Shown: positions 39,563 to 49,610, numbered from the stretch's first letter. The stretch: DNA of 59,827 bases from an uncultured bacterium (GCA_964601505.1 CAZRNR010000007.1:1-59827), one strand, 5' to 3'. The notes: generated by a model from the sequence alone, not told the origin. Numbers and translations: made by a program.

Positions 39563-42500
39563 TCATCTGACTTTATCCACCTTATTTTTATTTTTTTGCT
39601 TTTTTACTGATCGTTGATTCTTTGCTTTTTGTTTATTCTTGGACTTGGATAATATTTTTCGTCTTGATGATTTTTTCATTTTTTTTCTTTTCTCTGTTAA
39701 ATCTTTAAGATTTTTTTGCCTTATAGCAGATTGTGCTGCAGCTATTCTTGCGGCAAGAACTCTGTAAGGCGAAACGCTAACATAGTTAAATCTGAGTGAA
39801 TTGAAAAATGATATGGAATCGGGATCACCACCATGTTCTCCACATACCCCAATTTTCAGATTCTGCTTTTGTTTTCTACCTTTATCAACAGCTATTTTTA
39901 TGAATTCACCAACTCCAGATGTATCTAAACTTGTGAATGGGTTATGCGGAAAGATAAGTTTGAGATAATCTGGCATAAATTTTCCAGAATCATCTCGTGA
40001 TATTCCTAAAACAGTCTGAGTTAAGTCGTTTGTCCCAAATGAGAAGAAATCAACATACTTAGCGATTTGATCTGCAAGAATACAGGCTCTGGGGAACTCT
40101 ATCATAGTTCCTATAGATATGGGAATTTTTACTTTCTCTGATTTTTCAACATCTTTAACTATCAGATCAAATACATTCCTGAAATACTTTATCTCCTCTG
40201 GATCTATTACATTTGGAAACATTATCTCTGGTATAACATTTTTCCCAGATTTTATAAGTTCTGATGCTGCTTCTACTATAGCTTCAATTTGCATACAATA
40301 TATTTCAGGGAATGATATTCCAACCCTTATTCCTCTGTTTCCAAGCATTGGGTTTTGTTCCTTCATTTTTTCTACATATTCTCTTATTTCTTCAACATTT
40401 GTCTGAGTCTTTTCTGCAGTTGATATGATCTCTTGTTCGCTTTTTGGTAAGAATTCGTGCAGCGGCGGATCAATTAACCTTATTGTTACAGGATAGTTCT
40501 CCATAACAGAAAGTATTTCTTTAAAATCACTCTTTATCCATTTTTTTATCCTATCAAGAGCATCAAAATATTCCTTCCTTACCTCTTTAAATTTTTGGAA
40601 TATAGATTTAGCACCATTTAGATTTGCTTTTTCCATCTCATCGAATACCTGACTATATTGTATGCCTCTTTGAAAAGATGGGATTACTCTCATGTGCTTT
40701 AAGGCAGTAATATGCTTGACTATTTCTGTAGAGCCGGTTTCAGCAGCTTCTTCCAGAGTTTTTATGAGTTCCTCATATAAATCCTTGTATTTTTGAGCAT
40801 ATATTATCATTTTTCTCATAATAGGTATTCTTTCTTCTTCAAAGAACATGTGTTCCGTTCTGAGGAGTCCTATACCTTCAGCTCCGAAACTTTTTGCGGT
40901 TTTAGCATCCCTTGGAGTATCAGCATTAGCTCTGATCTTCAAGGTTCTAATCCTATCGGATATCTTGAGTATATTGATGGCTTCTTGAGGGAGTTCTGAC
41001 GTTTTTATAGGAACTTCACCATAATATATATTTCCAGTATTTCCATCTATTGTTATTATTTCCTTTTCTCTTATAACTTGTTCGCCTATTTTTATACACC
41101 TTGATTCATAATCTATATTTATCTCCTCTGCACCAACTACTGCCGATTTTCCCATTGCTCTTGCAACTACTGCAGCATGTGATGTCTCTCCACCGCGAGC
41201 GGTTAGTATTCCTTTGGCACTGGCTATTCCTGCAATATCTTCAGGAGAAGTTTCGTGTCTTACAAGAATTACATCTTCCCCTTGCTTTGCCATTTTTTCA
41301 GCTTCATCTGGGAAAAGAACAATCTTACCAGAAACTGCCCCAGGAGAAGCTGCTAATCCCTTAGATATAGGTTTTTTCTGTAATCTTGTTTCATCTATGA
41401 CGGGAAATAAGAGCCCATATATACTTTTAGGATTTAATCTCATTATACCTTCATTCTCACTTATTATTCTCTCCTTTATAAAATCATGAATTATCTTTAT
41501 GTTTGCCCTAGCTGTTCTCTTCCCTGACCTCGTTTGAAGTATCCATACTTTAGAATTCTCAATTGTGAATTCTATATCTTGCATATCCTTGTAGTGTCTT
41601 TCAAGGTTTTCTGATATCTTCTCTATTTCTTTGTAAGCTTTTGGCATAAGTTCCTGGAGGGTTGGAAGATGAGCATTTGCCTGACTCTTGGAGGCGTCAT
41701 TTATGGCATGAGGAGTCCTTATTCCAGCGACAACATCTTCTCCCTGAGCGTTTGGAAGAAAGTTCCCCCAAATAGTCTTTTCTCCCGTATTCGGATTCCT
41801 TGTGAATAGAACACCAGTTCCAGAATTATCTCCCATGTTTCCAAAAACCATCGCTACTATATTTACCGCAGTACCTATGTCATCAGGTAACCCGTGAATT
41901 TTCCTGTATGTTACAGCTCTTTCTCCATTCCACGAACGGAATACAGCTTCAATAGCAATCATGACCTGCTCAAGTGTGTCTTCAGGAATAGTTATACTGC
42001 GTTCCTTCAAAATTTCTTGATATCTTTCAACAATGAGTTTAAGAACTTCAGCAGGTATATCACGATCTTTGATTCTGGTATTCCTCTCATCTGAAACATT
42101 ATTATATGCCTGAGTGATAGAAGAAAATCTACCTTCAATGTATCCTTCATAAGCATTCTTCCACCTTTCAAATTCCTTTTCAAAAACTTCCTTTTCTACT
42201 TTGAGAGCTATTGTAGAGAACATCTGAATGAACCTTCTGTATGTGTCGTATGCGAATCTTTCATCAATGCTCTTTAGATATTCAAAAGATTTCTGATTTG
42301 TACCAACATTTAATATAGTGTCCATCATACCGGGCATTGAGACAGGAGCACCTGAACGAACGGAAACAAGGAGTGGAAAATCTTTTCCCCGCATCTTCTT
42401 CAGAGCTTCCGCTAATTTTTTTAGCGAAAGATCAACGTCTTTTTCTATCTTTCTCAAGAAAGATTGACCGTTTTTCATATACTCCCTGCAAGCTTCAGTG

Positions 42501-42640
42501 GTAATTATAAATCCTGGTGGAACAGGTATATTATTTTTGGCCATTTCGCTAAGCTGGGCTCCCTTATTCCCGAGAAGATGAGCAAGATCCTTACCACCTT
42601 CTGTTTTTCCTATACCAAAAAACCAAATATATTTTGACAT
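39563..42640 (-). CDS. ppdK: Pyruvate phosphate dikinase with internal insertions and a basic C-terminal tail
   Basis: LLVSVRSGAPVSMPGMMDT, GEDVVAGIRTP, GGETSHAAVVAR, RTEHMFF, SFGTNDLTQ, CGEHGGDP. Confidence 0.96.
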   Translation of the reverse strand: MSKYIWFFGIGKTEGGKDLAHLLGNKGAQLSEMAKNNIPVPPGFIITTEACREYMKNGQSFLRKIEKDVDLSLKKLAEALKKMRGKDFPLLVSVRSGAPVSMPGMMDTILNVGTNQKSFEYLKSIDERFAYDTYRRFIQMFSTIALKVEKEVFEKEFERWKNAYEGYIEGRFSSITQAYNNVSDERNTRIKDRDIPAEVLKLIVERYQEILKERSITIPEDTLEQVMIAIEAVFRSWNGERAVTYRKIHGLPDDIGTAVNIVAMVFGNMGDNSGTGVLFTRNPNTGEKTIWGNFLPNAQGEDVVAGIRTPHAINDASKSQANAHLPTLQELMPKAYKEIEKISENLERHYKDMQDIEFTIENSKVWILQTRSGKRTARANIKIIHDFIKERIISENEGIMRLNPKSIYGLLFPVIDETRLQKKPISKGLAASPGAVSGKIVLFPDEAEKMAKQGEDVILVRHETSPEDIAGIASAKGILTARGGETSHAAVVARAMGKSAVVGAEEINIDYESRCIKIGEQVIREKEIITIDGNTGNIYYGEVPIKTSELPQEAINILKISDRIRTLKIRANADTPRDAKTAKSFGAEGIGLLRTEHMFFEEERIPIMRKMIIYAQKYKDLYEELIKTLEEAAETGSTEIVKHITALKHMRVIPSFQRGIQYSQVFDEMEKANLNGAKSIFQKFKEVRKEYFDALDRIKKWIKSDFKEILSVMENYPVTIRLIDPPLHEFLPKSEQEIISTAEKTQTNVEEIREYVEKMKEQNPMLGNRGIRVGISFPEIYCMQIEAIVEAASELIKSGKNVIPEIMFPNVIDPEEIKYFRNVFDLIVKDVEKSEKVKIPISIGTMIEFPRACILADQIAKYVDFFSFGTNDLTQTVLGISRDDSGKFMPDYLKLIFPHNPFTSLDTSGVGEFIKIAVDKGRKQKQNLKIGVCGEHGGDPDSISFFNSLRFNYVSVSPYRVLAARIAAAQSAIRQKNLKDLTEKRKKMKKSSRRKILSKSKNKQKAKNQRSVKKQKNKNKVDKVR

Positions 42641-42652
42641 TTTTCCCCCTCC

Positions 42653-43063
42653 TTACTTCTTTACAAATTTATGTAGAATTATACCATCTGATTCAACGAA
42701 ATCTAGATAAACTGTTTCTCCTATATTTAGATTCTCTCCCTCTATTTTGGTTAATATTCTACCTATACCATCTAATTCAACAAAGCCTATGATGTCTGGT
42801 TCAGAAAATCTTATAGCTCTCTTCTGAGTGGTGAATGCTAGTATTTTCCCTTTTTCTGGTATATCTATCCATTCTATATCTTCGGAGTAGCAATTGCTGC
42901 AAAATTTTCTTGGGGGAAAATCAACATTTCCGCATTTCATACACTTTGTCGTTTTGAATTTCTTTTCCTTCATGAAGTTATAGAAAATTTGTGTTGCTGA
43001 ATCACCGTATATTTTTATAGCTTCCTGAGTTGCTTTTGATATAACTTCCCTTATCCCATCCAT
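42653..43063 (-). CDS. Zn-ribbon/OB-fold protein (DUF35/ChsH2-like)
   Basis: CMKC..FPPRKFCSNC followed by an OB-fold (GKILAFT, VELD). Confidence 0.82.
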   Translation of the reverse strand: MDGIREVISKATQEAIKIYGDSATQIFYNFMKEKKFKTTKCMKCGNVDFPPRKFCSNCYSEDIEWIDIPEKGKILAFTTQKRAIRFSEPDIIGFVELDGIGRILTKIEGENLNIGETVYLDFVESDGIILHKFVKK

Positions 43064-43191
43064 ATCCTAAAATATAAGATAATTTTTCGGTTTTTATATT
43101 TTTTGAAATTTTATGGATTCAATGAATTACTGAAATATGTTTTATTCAAATAAAATCGATACTGATGCGCATGAGATATGTAGAAAAATCA

Positions 43192-43884
43192 TTATAGATT
43201 ACCACTAACATGATTCAAGATAATTTTTAACGCATCTGATGGTTTTGGAGATTGAAATATCTTCTGATCTGGAAAATTAGTTTTTATATATTCTTCTACT
43301 TTTTTGGTCGGGAATCCCCATTTTGCGAGGATAAAATTTGAACCTGAGTTAAGCGCAAAAAGAAAATCATTTAAGCCGTCACCTATTATGAAAATTGAGC
43401 CTTTTATATCATATCTATGATATATCTTTTTTAAGAGCTCTTCAGAAGGTTTTTTGACCTCAAAAGTATCTCCACAAACTATACCATCAAATACGTTTAA
43501 AATACATAACTCTGAAAGGAGCTTTACAGTTAAATCTGATAGTTTGTTTGTGAGCAATATAACTTGGAAATTGTTTTGTTTCAGATGGAATATCAGATCT
43601 AAAACACCTGGATACACATATGTGCTTTTTGAGATATTTTTCCTGTAATGTCTCAGGAATTCCTGAAACAACAAAGGTTCTTCTTCTATTCTTCCGAGAT
43701 ATTTTAAAATTTTTTGAATAAGAGGTTTGACTCCATCTCCTATAAAATCCAATACGATATCAAATGAAACTTCTTCTATATTGAATTTTTTAAGGGTCTC
43801 GTTAAGTGATCTATATATATCATCAGAAGTGTCGGCTAATGTTCCATCAAGATCAAATAAAATTGTTGCAGAATCTCTTATCAT
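43192..43884 (-). CDS. HAD-family phosphatase (phosphoglycolate phosphatase-like)
   Basis: FDLDGTLAD, LTNK, KKPS, IGDGLND; start at ATG overlapping the coaD stop (ATGA). Confidence 0.85.
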   Translation of the reverse strand: MIRDSATILFDLDGTLADTSDDIYRSLNETLKKFNIEEVSFDIVLDFIGDGVKPLIQKILKYLGRIEEEPLLFQEFLRHYRKNISKSTYVYPGVLDLIFHLKQNNFQVILLTNKLSDLTVKLLSELCILNVFDGIVCGDTFEVKKPSEELLKKIYHRYDIKGSIFIIGDGLNDFLFALNSGSNFILAKWGFPTKKVEEYIKTNFPDQKIFQSPKPSDALKIILNHVSGNL

Positions 43885-44363
43885 CTTTGCTGCTTCTTCT
43901 TGAACCACTTTACAACTTGAGGTGGTACGAGAGAGCTTATGTCTCCTCCAAGTTTGGCTATTTCTCTAACTAAAGAAGAAGAGAAATAGGAGACATGATC
44001 CTCTGCCATTATAAAGACAGTTTCTATGGAGCTGTTGAGTTTCCTATTTGTCAGGGCCATTTGAAACTCATATTCAAAATCAGAAACAGTTCTTAATCCT
44101 CTTAATATAATATTAATACCCATACTTTTGGCAAAGTCAACAAGCAAACCTTCAAATTTTTTTACTTCTACATTAGCATCTTCCTCAAAAACTTCTTTCA
44201 ACATTTCATATCTTTCATCAAATGTGAAGAATGTGTTTTTATGTGAATCCTTGGCAACAGCAACTATTATCTTATCAAAAACAAGAAGAGACCTTTTTAC
44301 AACACTTACATGTCCTAGTGTTATCGGATCAAATGTTCCAGGATATATGGCCTCCTTACTCAT
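43881..44363 (-). CDS. coaD: Phosphopantetheine adenylyltransferase
   Basis: YPGTFDPITLGH, RGLRTVSDFEYE, SSSLVRE. Confidence 0.96.
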   Translation of the reverse strand: MSKEAIYPGTFDPITLGHVSVVKRSLLVFDKIIVAVAKDSHKNTFFTFDERYEMLKEVFEEDANVEVKKFEGLLVDFAKSMGINIILRGLRTVSDFEYEFQMALTNRKLNSSIETVFIMAEDHVSYFSSSLVREIAKLGGDISSLVPPQVVKWFKKKQQR

Positions 44364-44737
44364 AACAAATAATCTTCTTACAGACTATCTGAATTTTCCA
44401 AAAAAAAGTAAAATTTTGTTTTCCCTCTTATGCACAGGTAAATTGGTGTGCAAAATTTCTCTAACGAAACAGCGCTAGATTGGTTAGGAGGAGACTGCAG
44501 AAATGTTTTACAAAGTTTTAAAATTGCATTTGAGCTTCTTAAAATAAATCTGAAGTCTTGGAAATTGTTAATGGAGAAATCTTTGAAACCTTGTAAGATT
44601 TTTAAGCCCCGCAATGACTAAATAATCTATTGAAAATATCTGATATTAATACTGTTTTTTTGATATCTGAGTGCTAATTATATGACTAACTTGACAAGTT
44701 TCATCAAGAATGCTATAAAGGAGCAATTCAATTTTTA

Positions 44738-45211
44738 TTATCTTTCTACCCATTGTTTCCCATCGAAATAACATGATGTTATACCTCCTGTTGGGGATAT
44801 AACCGAGAATGCTAAAAAATCTTTGCCGCACTTTATATATATTGTTCCAGAAGAATCTTTTAGACCTCTGGGAGAGAATCTGAAAGATCTCTTTATTGAT
44901 GGAACTCCGTAAGAGTTAGAACAAGCTCTTTTAGAAGTAAGAGGGGCTGATATATCAAAATCTACAGAATATGATTTTTCGCTTTGAGATGATATTATTT
45001 TTATTTTTCCTTCCACAAACTCTATTATTGCTTCACCATATTTTGCAGATATATTTTTTGCTTCAAGGAAAGCCGAAAGAACAGTAAATTCTGCTGATTT
45101 TGTATTACAGTTATTCTTAGGTTTCAGAAACGAGAATATAGAAAAACCTATACCGATATATAAAAAGATTTTTATTATGGTGTATATCATATAGATAGAT
45201 TGGTAGGTCAA
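44738..45211 (-). CDS. Putative GspH/FimT-like minor pilin-related protein
   Basis: N-terminal TM helix; C-terminal FRFSPRG..SGTIYI..SVISPTGGI pattern; no G|FTLIE motif seen. Confidence 0.45.
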   Translation of the reverse strand: MTYQSIYMIYTIIKIFLYIGIGFSIFSFLKPKNNCNTKSAEFTVLSAFLEAKNISAKYGEAIIEFVEGKIKIISSQSEKSYSVDFDISAPLTSKRACSNSYGVPSIKRSFRFSPRGLKDSSGTIYIKCGKDFLAFSVISPTGGITSCYFDGKQWVER

Positions 45212-45306
45212 TTATATTGTAATTCGTTTTAAAATTCCGCGTCTAAATTTTTTCTTGTTTTACCAGAATATGAGAGATTTTTGACCTTAAGAACGTTGGT
45301 CTTTTT

Positions 45307-46752
45307 CTATGAAACAAGCTCTTTGTAGAACTTTATATATTCTTTAACCATTTTATCAGCTGAAAAATCAAGAGACATTACTTTCTTTACAATTTTTTTC
45401 ATGGAATTTTTTTTCTCATATAATTCAATAGCTCTTTTGAGAGCACATTTTAAATCTTGTTTAGTTGGTTTTTCAAAAAGAATACCGTATCCGTCTTTTT
45501 CTTGGATGTCTTTCACAGTACTTGCAAGTCCTCCTGTCTTTCTGACAACAGGAATACAACCATATCTCATACCTATCAGTTGAGAAATTCCGCAAGGCTC
45601 AAATATTGAAGGAACTAATATAAAATCTCCAGATGCATAAACTTTTCTAGCGAGAGTTTCTTTGAAGTTCGTATCTACTATAACATTCTTATATTTTGAT
45701 GAAAGCTCAAGAAGTTTATACTGATATTCACCCATTCCCAGAAAAAAGAAATTTGCATCAAGATTAAAAATTTCCTGATGATATTCTGTAAAGAGATGAA
45801 TACCTTTTTGGTAAGTTAATCTACTAATGACGCAGAAAAGAGGTTTTTTAGGATCAAAATTATACATTTCAGCTAACTTTTCTTTGTTCTTTGCTTTCCT
45901 GCCAATAGATCTTTCAGAGAATCTTTGGTATATTTCAGTGTCTTTAGCCGGATTCCAAACATCAAAATCTATCCCATTTATGATTCCAACAATCTTTTTT
46001 TCATATTTTTGGATCAAACCCTCAAGCCCATATCCGTATTCATAGGTCTTAATCTCTTCAGCATATGTTGGACTTACAACAAAAATTCTATCACTGAATA
46101 CAATTCCAGCTTTTATTATATTGACAAGACCCCAGAACTCAAGCGCCTCCATGTTGAAAAGATATGACGGAAGAGAAAGCTCCTGCATAACGCTTCTTGG
46201 ATACAGACCTTGATATGCGAAGTTATGAATTGTGAAAGCAAGTTTCTTCTTAGTTCTAAGTATTTCTTTTGATATCAGAACAGTAAGGGCAGTTAACCAA
46301 TCGTTTGCATGTATTATATCAAATGTTTCATTCTCAGCAAAATTAGATACAGCCCAGGAGAATGCACCAAACCTTATATGATTATCACTGTAGGCTGATC
46401 CTGGGGGACCATATATGAAATCACGGTCAAACAGTTTTCCATTATCAAAAAATATACAGTCTTTACTTTGATATATGGAGAAATCATATGTTTGTCCGTT
46501 AAGTTCTATTTTCAGTTTTTTCCCTGTATCTTTTATCTCTATTCCTTCTATATTTTCATCGCTTATCTCAAGTGGTCCATCAAGATTTTTCTTATGTATA
46601 TATTTATCTTTAATTGATTTATAAAGAGGAATAATACCATAAGCTTTGATACCGTTCTTTCTTAAGTGATTCACAAGTGTGAAAACATAATCACCAAGAC
46701 CCCCTGTTTTTGCGTATGGATACATTTCTGTTGAGACTATTGCTATTTCCAT
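45307..46752 (-). CDS. glgA: Glycogen synthase (GT5)
   Basis: PYAKTGGLGD, HANDW, TIHNFAYQG, GIINGID, SRLTYQKG, PSIFEPCG. Confidence 0.95.
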   Translation of the reverse strand: MEIAIVSTEMYPYAKTGGLGDYVFTLVNHLRKNGIKAYGIIPLYKSIKDKYIHKKNLDGPLEISDENIEGIEIKDTGKKLKIELNGQTYDFSIYQSKDCIFFDNGKLFDRDFIYGPPGSAYSDNHIRFGAFSWAVSNFAENETFDIIHANDWLTALTVLISKEILRTKKKLAFTIHNFAYQGLYPRSVMQELSLPSYLFNMEALEFWGLVNIIKAGIVFSDRIFVVSPTYAEEIKTYEYGYGLEGLIQKYEKKIVGIINGIDFDVWNPAKDTEIYQRFSERSIGRKAKNKEKLAEMYNFDPKKPLFCVISRLTYQKGIHLFTEYHQEIFNLDANFFFLGMGEYQYKLLELSSKYKNVIVDTNFKETLARKVYASGDFILVPSIFEPCGISQLIGMRYGCIPVVRKTGGLASTVKDIQEKDGYGILFEKPTKQDLKCALKRAIELYEKKNSMKKIVKKVMSLDFSADKMVKEYIKFYKELVS

Positions 46753-46763
46753 GTGAGATATAT

Positions 46764-47822
46764 CTAAAATATAATGGTCAATCCTATGGATGAATAAAAT
46801 CCAGGTTTTATCCTGTCAAGATAGGGAAATCTTATTATAGCATAGTCCAGATATTCTGAGGATATAAAAGATCTTTCAAATATACAAAAAGAGAAATCTA
46901 AAGATAATCTCATCCATTCTCTTATAACTTTTTCACCGAAGATATCTTGCTTTTTTTTGAAGGTTCCAGCCAAGGTTATGCCAGCTTTTATTACATCCCA
47001 AGATTTTCCCCATACACTATACAAACTCGTCTTCTGCCTTTCTGGGAAACCGTGTATGTATGAACTAAAAACTCCGAACGAAAAGTTGTGTGAAATATCT
47101 GATGTCGGGAAGAAATCTCTAATATTAGAGTAGATACCAAGATTTCCCGTAATAATATCCCCTGGTGAGATCAGCTGTCCAAAAAATGGATATGACATAC
47201 GAAATATATAAGCTCCGCTCGTCAAGATCTGTATTGGTGTGGAGAATTTCATCATCAGGTAAAGTGGGATATCTAGAGCAAAGGAGGATTGATTGATTCT
47301 TCTGAATGTAGCAAGGTTTTCATCTGGTTCGCCAGCAAGTGGAACAACAGCCCCAATAGAAAGATAGACATCTGAGATATTTTCTGAGATTGGTCTGAAA
47401 ATAATATTTAAGATCATATCCCCGAAGCCAAAACCACTTACCTGATTAAAATCTCTGCTTCGCAGAAAAAATCCAAAATTTGCAAGTATTGAGTCTGAAA
47501 AATAATATTCTGCATCTAAATAGACATCAAAATCTTTTACGCTTATTTTAGCTGTATCAGATGTTTGCTGAGAGATTCCCTTATATACATAATTTATTAT
47601 TTTGGGAGTTGTTATATACGATGTTCTATCAAATGTGATTTGCTTGATACTTAATTTTTTGCTCCAAAATGAGAACGATATTCCAGAATCAAGAAAGAAA
47701 GAATCCTTATTAGATTTTGCTCCAAGGATCACATTTTTGCTTGGGAAAATCAATGGATAGTCTGTTGATGAGAGAGTTATTTTTGGAAGCAATATCAGCG
47801 CTATAAGAATTATTTTTTTCAT
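46764..47822 (-). CDS. Hypothetical exported / outer-membrane beta-barrel-like protein
   Basis: Signal peptide MKKIILIALILL, alternating beta-strand patterns, C-terminal Phe (IGLTIIF); the ORF-track extension to 47912 is the tRNA-Ser gene. Confidence 0.6.
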   Translation of the reverse strand: MKKIILIALILLPKITLSSTDYPLIFPSKNVILGAKSNKDSFFLDSGISFSFWSKKLSIKQITFDRTSYITTPKIINYVYKGISQQTSDTAKISVKDFDVYLDAEYYFSDSILANFGFFLRSRDFNQVSGFGFGDMILNIIFRPISENISDVYLSIGAVVPLAGEPDENLATFRRINQSSFALDIPLYLMMKFSTPIQILTSGAYIFRMSYPFFGQLISPGDIITGNLGIYSNIRDFFPTSDISHNFSFGVFSSYIHGFPERQKTSLYSVWGKSWDVIKAGITLAGTFKKKQDIFGEKVIREWMRLSLDFSFCIFERSFISSEYLDYAIIRFPYLDRIKPGFYSSIGLTIIF

Positions 47823-47827
47823 TTTTA

Positions 47828-47918
47828 TGGCGGAGGAGGTGGGATTTGAACCCACGCGGGGATGGAAGTCCCCAACGGATTTCAAGTCCGTCCTGTTCGT
47901 CCGCTCCAGCACCCCTCC
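47828..47918 (-). tRNA. tRNA-Ser (anticodon TGA), CCA encoded
   Basis: GGAGGGG/CTCCTCC acceptor, ACGGA-CTTGAAA-TCCGT anticodon arm, long variable arm, TTCAAAT T-loop, G73-CCA. Confidence 0.95.
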
Positions 47919-47976
47919 ATACCAAAAAATCTAAAAACAATAAAATAAAAAAATAAATTTTAAAGTAAATTTCGGA

Positions 47977-48759
47977 ATGAAAGATCAAGCAGAAAGATTG
48001 AGAGAGGTAATGGGGAAGAAAATAGGTAAGATCTTTGCTATAGCATCGGGTAAAGGTGGTGTGGGTAAGACTACGATTTCTGTCAATATTTCTATAGAGC
48101 TTGCTAAACTTGGTAAAAAAGTTCTACTTATAGATGGAGACATCTCACTTGCTAATGCAGATATAATACTTGGAGTAGTTCCCAAAAAGCATATAGGACA
48201 CTATATTCAAGGTAATTCATCTTTGGAGGAGGTTATAGAAAAAGTTGATACAAATTTATTTTTCATACCTGGAGCGAGCGGTGTTACAAAGCTTACAAAT
48301 CTGACAGACTCAAACATAAGAAAGATAAAAGATATAACAACAAGCTTTGATTCAGATATAACTTTGATAGATTTACCAGCTGGAATAGGAAGAAATGCCA
48401 TATCTCTTGCAATGATATCAAATTATGTTATAGTAGTTGCAACTCCTGATCCAGTATCTGTTACAGATGCTTACTCCTTCATAAAAGTCCTGAACAAGGC
48501 TGGATTCGGAGGTAAAATATTTATAATTGCTAACATGGTGAGAAATCAGAGAGAAAAAGATATTACCTTTTCTACTCTGCAGAAAGTTTCTCAAAAATAT
48601 CTGGGAATATCTTTAGATTATCTTGGATCAATAAGCTATGACGATTCTGTGAGAGAATCTTTTTACATTCAGAAACCTTACATCAAGATTTTCCCAAAAT
48701 CAAAATCTTCAAACGATACAAGGGAGATATCCAGAAAAATCCTTGAATTATTGGATTAA
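47977..48759 (+). CDS. flhG: MinD/ParA-family ATPase, FlhG/FleN-like
   Basis: N-terminal DQAERLR motif, deviant Walker A SGKGGVGKT, DLPAGI, TPDPVSVTDAY. Confidence 0.72.
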   Translation: MKDQAERLREVMGKKIGKIFAIASGKGGVGKTTISVNISIELAKLGKKVLLIDGDISLANADIILGVVPKKHIGHYIQGNSSLEEVIEKVDTNLFFIPGASGVTKLTNLTDSNIRKIKDITTSFDSDITLIDLPAGIGRNAISLAMISNYVIVVATPDPVSVTDAYSFIKVLNKAGFGGKIFIIANMVRNQREKDITFSTLQKVSQKYLGISLDYLGSISYDDSVRESFYIQKPYIKIFPKSKSSNDTREISRKILELLD

Positions 48760-49006
48760 AAATTCAGATATATCTGGTAGTTATACAATGGTAAAGTATC
48801 ATGTTTTAGAAATTGAGAATAATTTAGCAAAGAACTAAATTACACTAAAAATACGTGAAAAGAGGAATGAGAATCGGTTTTATCACATATCTAACTACGA
48901 TGAATAAAAGCGTGCTGAGATTAAGTTGATCATTTCTCTTAGCTTACTAAGCCTAAAAAGATCTAATGAAATCTCCAAGAAATAAAGACAAACATATAAT
49001 AACGAT

Positions 49007-49610
49007 ATGCAAATAATAGAAAGATATCTGAAGTTCCTTCATGAGGATTTTAATGAGAATAGGGAACTCTTTGAAAAACTGAAAGATAAGCAGAATCCCC
49101 ATACTTTATTGTTGTTCAGATAGCAGAGTAATACCTGAATCTCTCCCAGGAGAGTTATTTGTTGTTAGAAATGTAGCAAACATTGTGCCTCTATAACATA
49201 TGGTTGATCTATCTGTTCCTGTTGCAGCTGCTATAGAGCACTCAGTCTTAACATTAGAAGTCAAAAACATAATTATATGTGGTCATTCTAATTGTGGAGG
49301 CTGTTCAGCCTTGCACCTTAGCGACGAAGAGTTATCAAATAGACCTAATGTGAGAAGGTTGATATCAATATCAAAAGATATAGCAAATGAAGTTAGCAAA
49401 ATTGAGACAGATCTTACAAAAAGATATAGATTAACAGAACAGTTAAATATAATAAGGCAGATTGAAAACCTACTAACTTATCCTTTCGTGAAGGAAAAAT
49501 TCGATATGGGTGAAATAAAAATATATGGATGGTATTTCGAGATACCAACAGGTAAAGTATATAACTATAACAGAGTAAAGATTAATTTCGAACCTATTGA
49601 GAGTTTTTGA
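49007..49610 (+). pseudogene. Beta-class carbonic anhydrase pseudogene
   Basis: Frame A MQIIERY..QNPHTL stops at 49121; shifted frame CSDSRVIPESLPGELFVVRNVANIVP has TAA at 49194; continues ..CGHSNCGGC..YGWYF. Confidence 0.85.

Noticed and set aside
40872-40881. Partial match ATACCTTCAG to the putative omega-RNA guide inside ppdK
   Set aside because: Only 10 nt, missing the first guide base; expected by chance in 60 kb of AT-rich DNA.
44486-44547. AGGAGG followed by a 14-codon ORF (MFYKVLKLHLSFLK)
   Set aside because: SD-to-start spacing is long (11 nt) and there is no other support; needs ribosome profiling.
44378-44614. 78-aa ORF upstream of coaD as a possible rsmD
   Set aside because: No methyltransferase motifs and atypical composition.
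47823-47912. N-terminal extension of the 46764-47912 ORF
   Set aside because: It is the tRNA-Ser gene read as codons; the real start is probably the ATG at 47822.
49121-49196. Programmed recoding or selenocysteine readthrough in the carbonic anhydrase
   Set aside because: The stops are TAG and TAA rather than TGA, there is no slippery site, and conserved residues are deleted.
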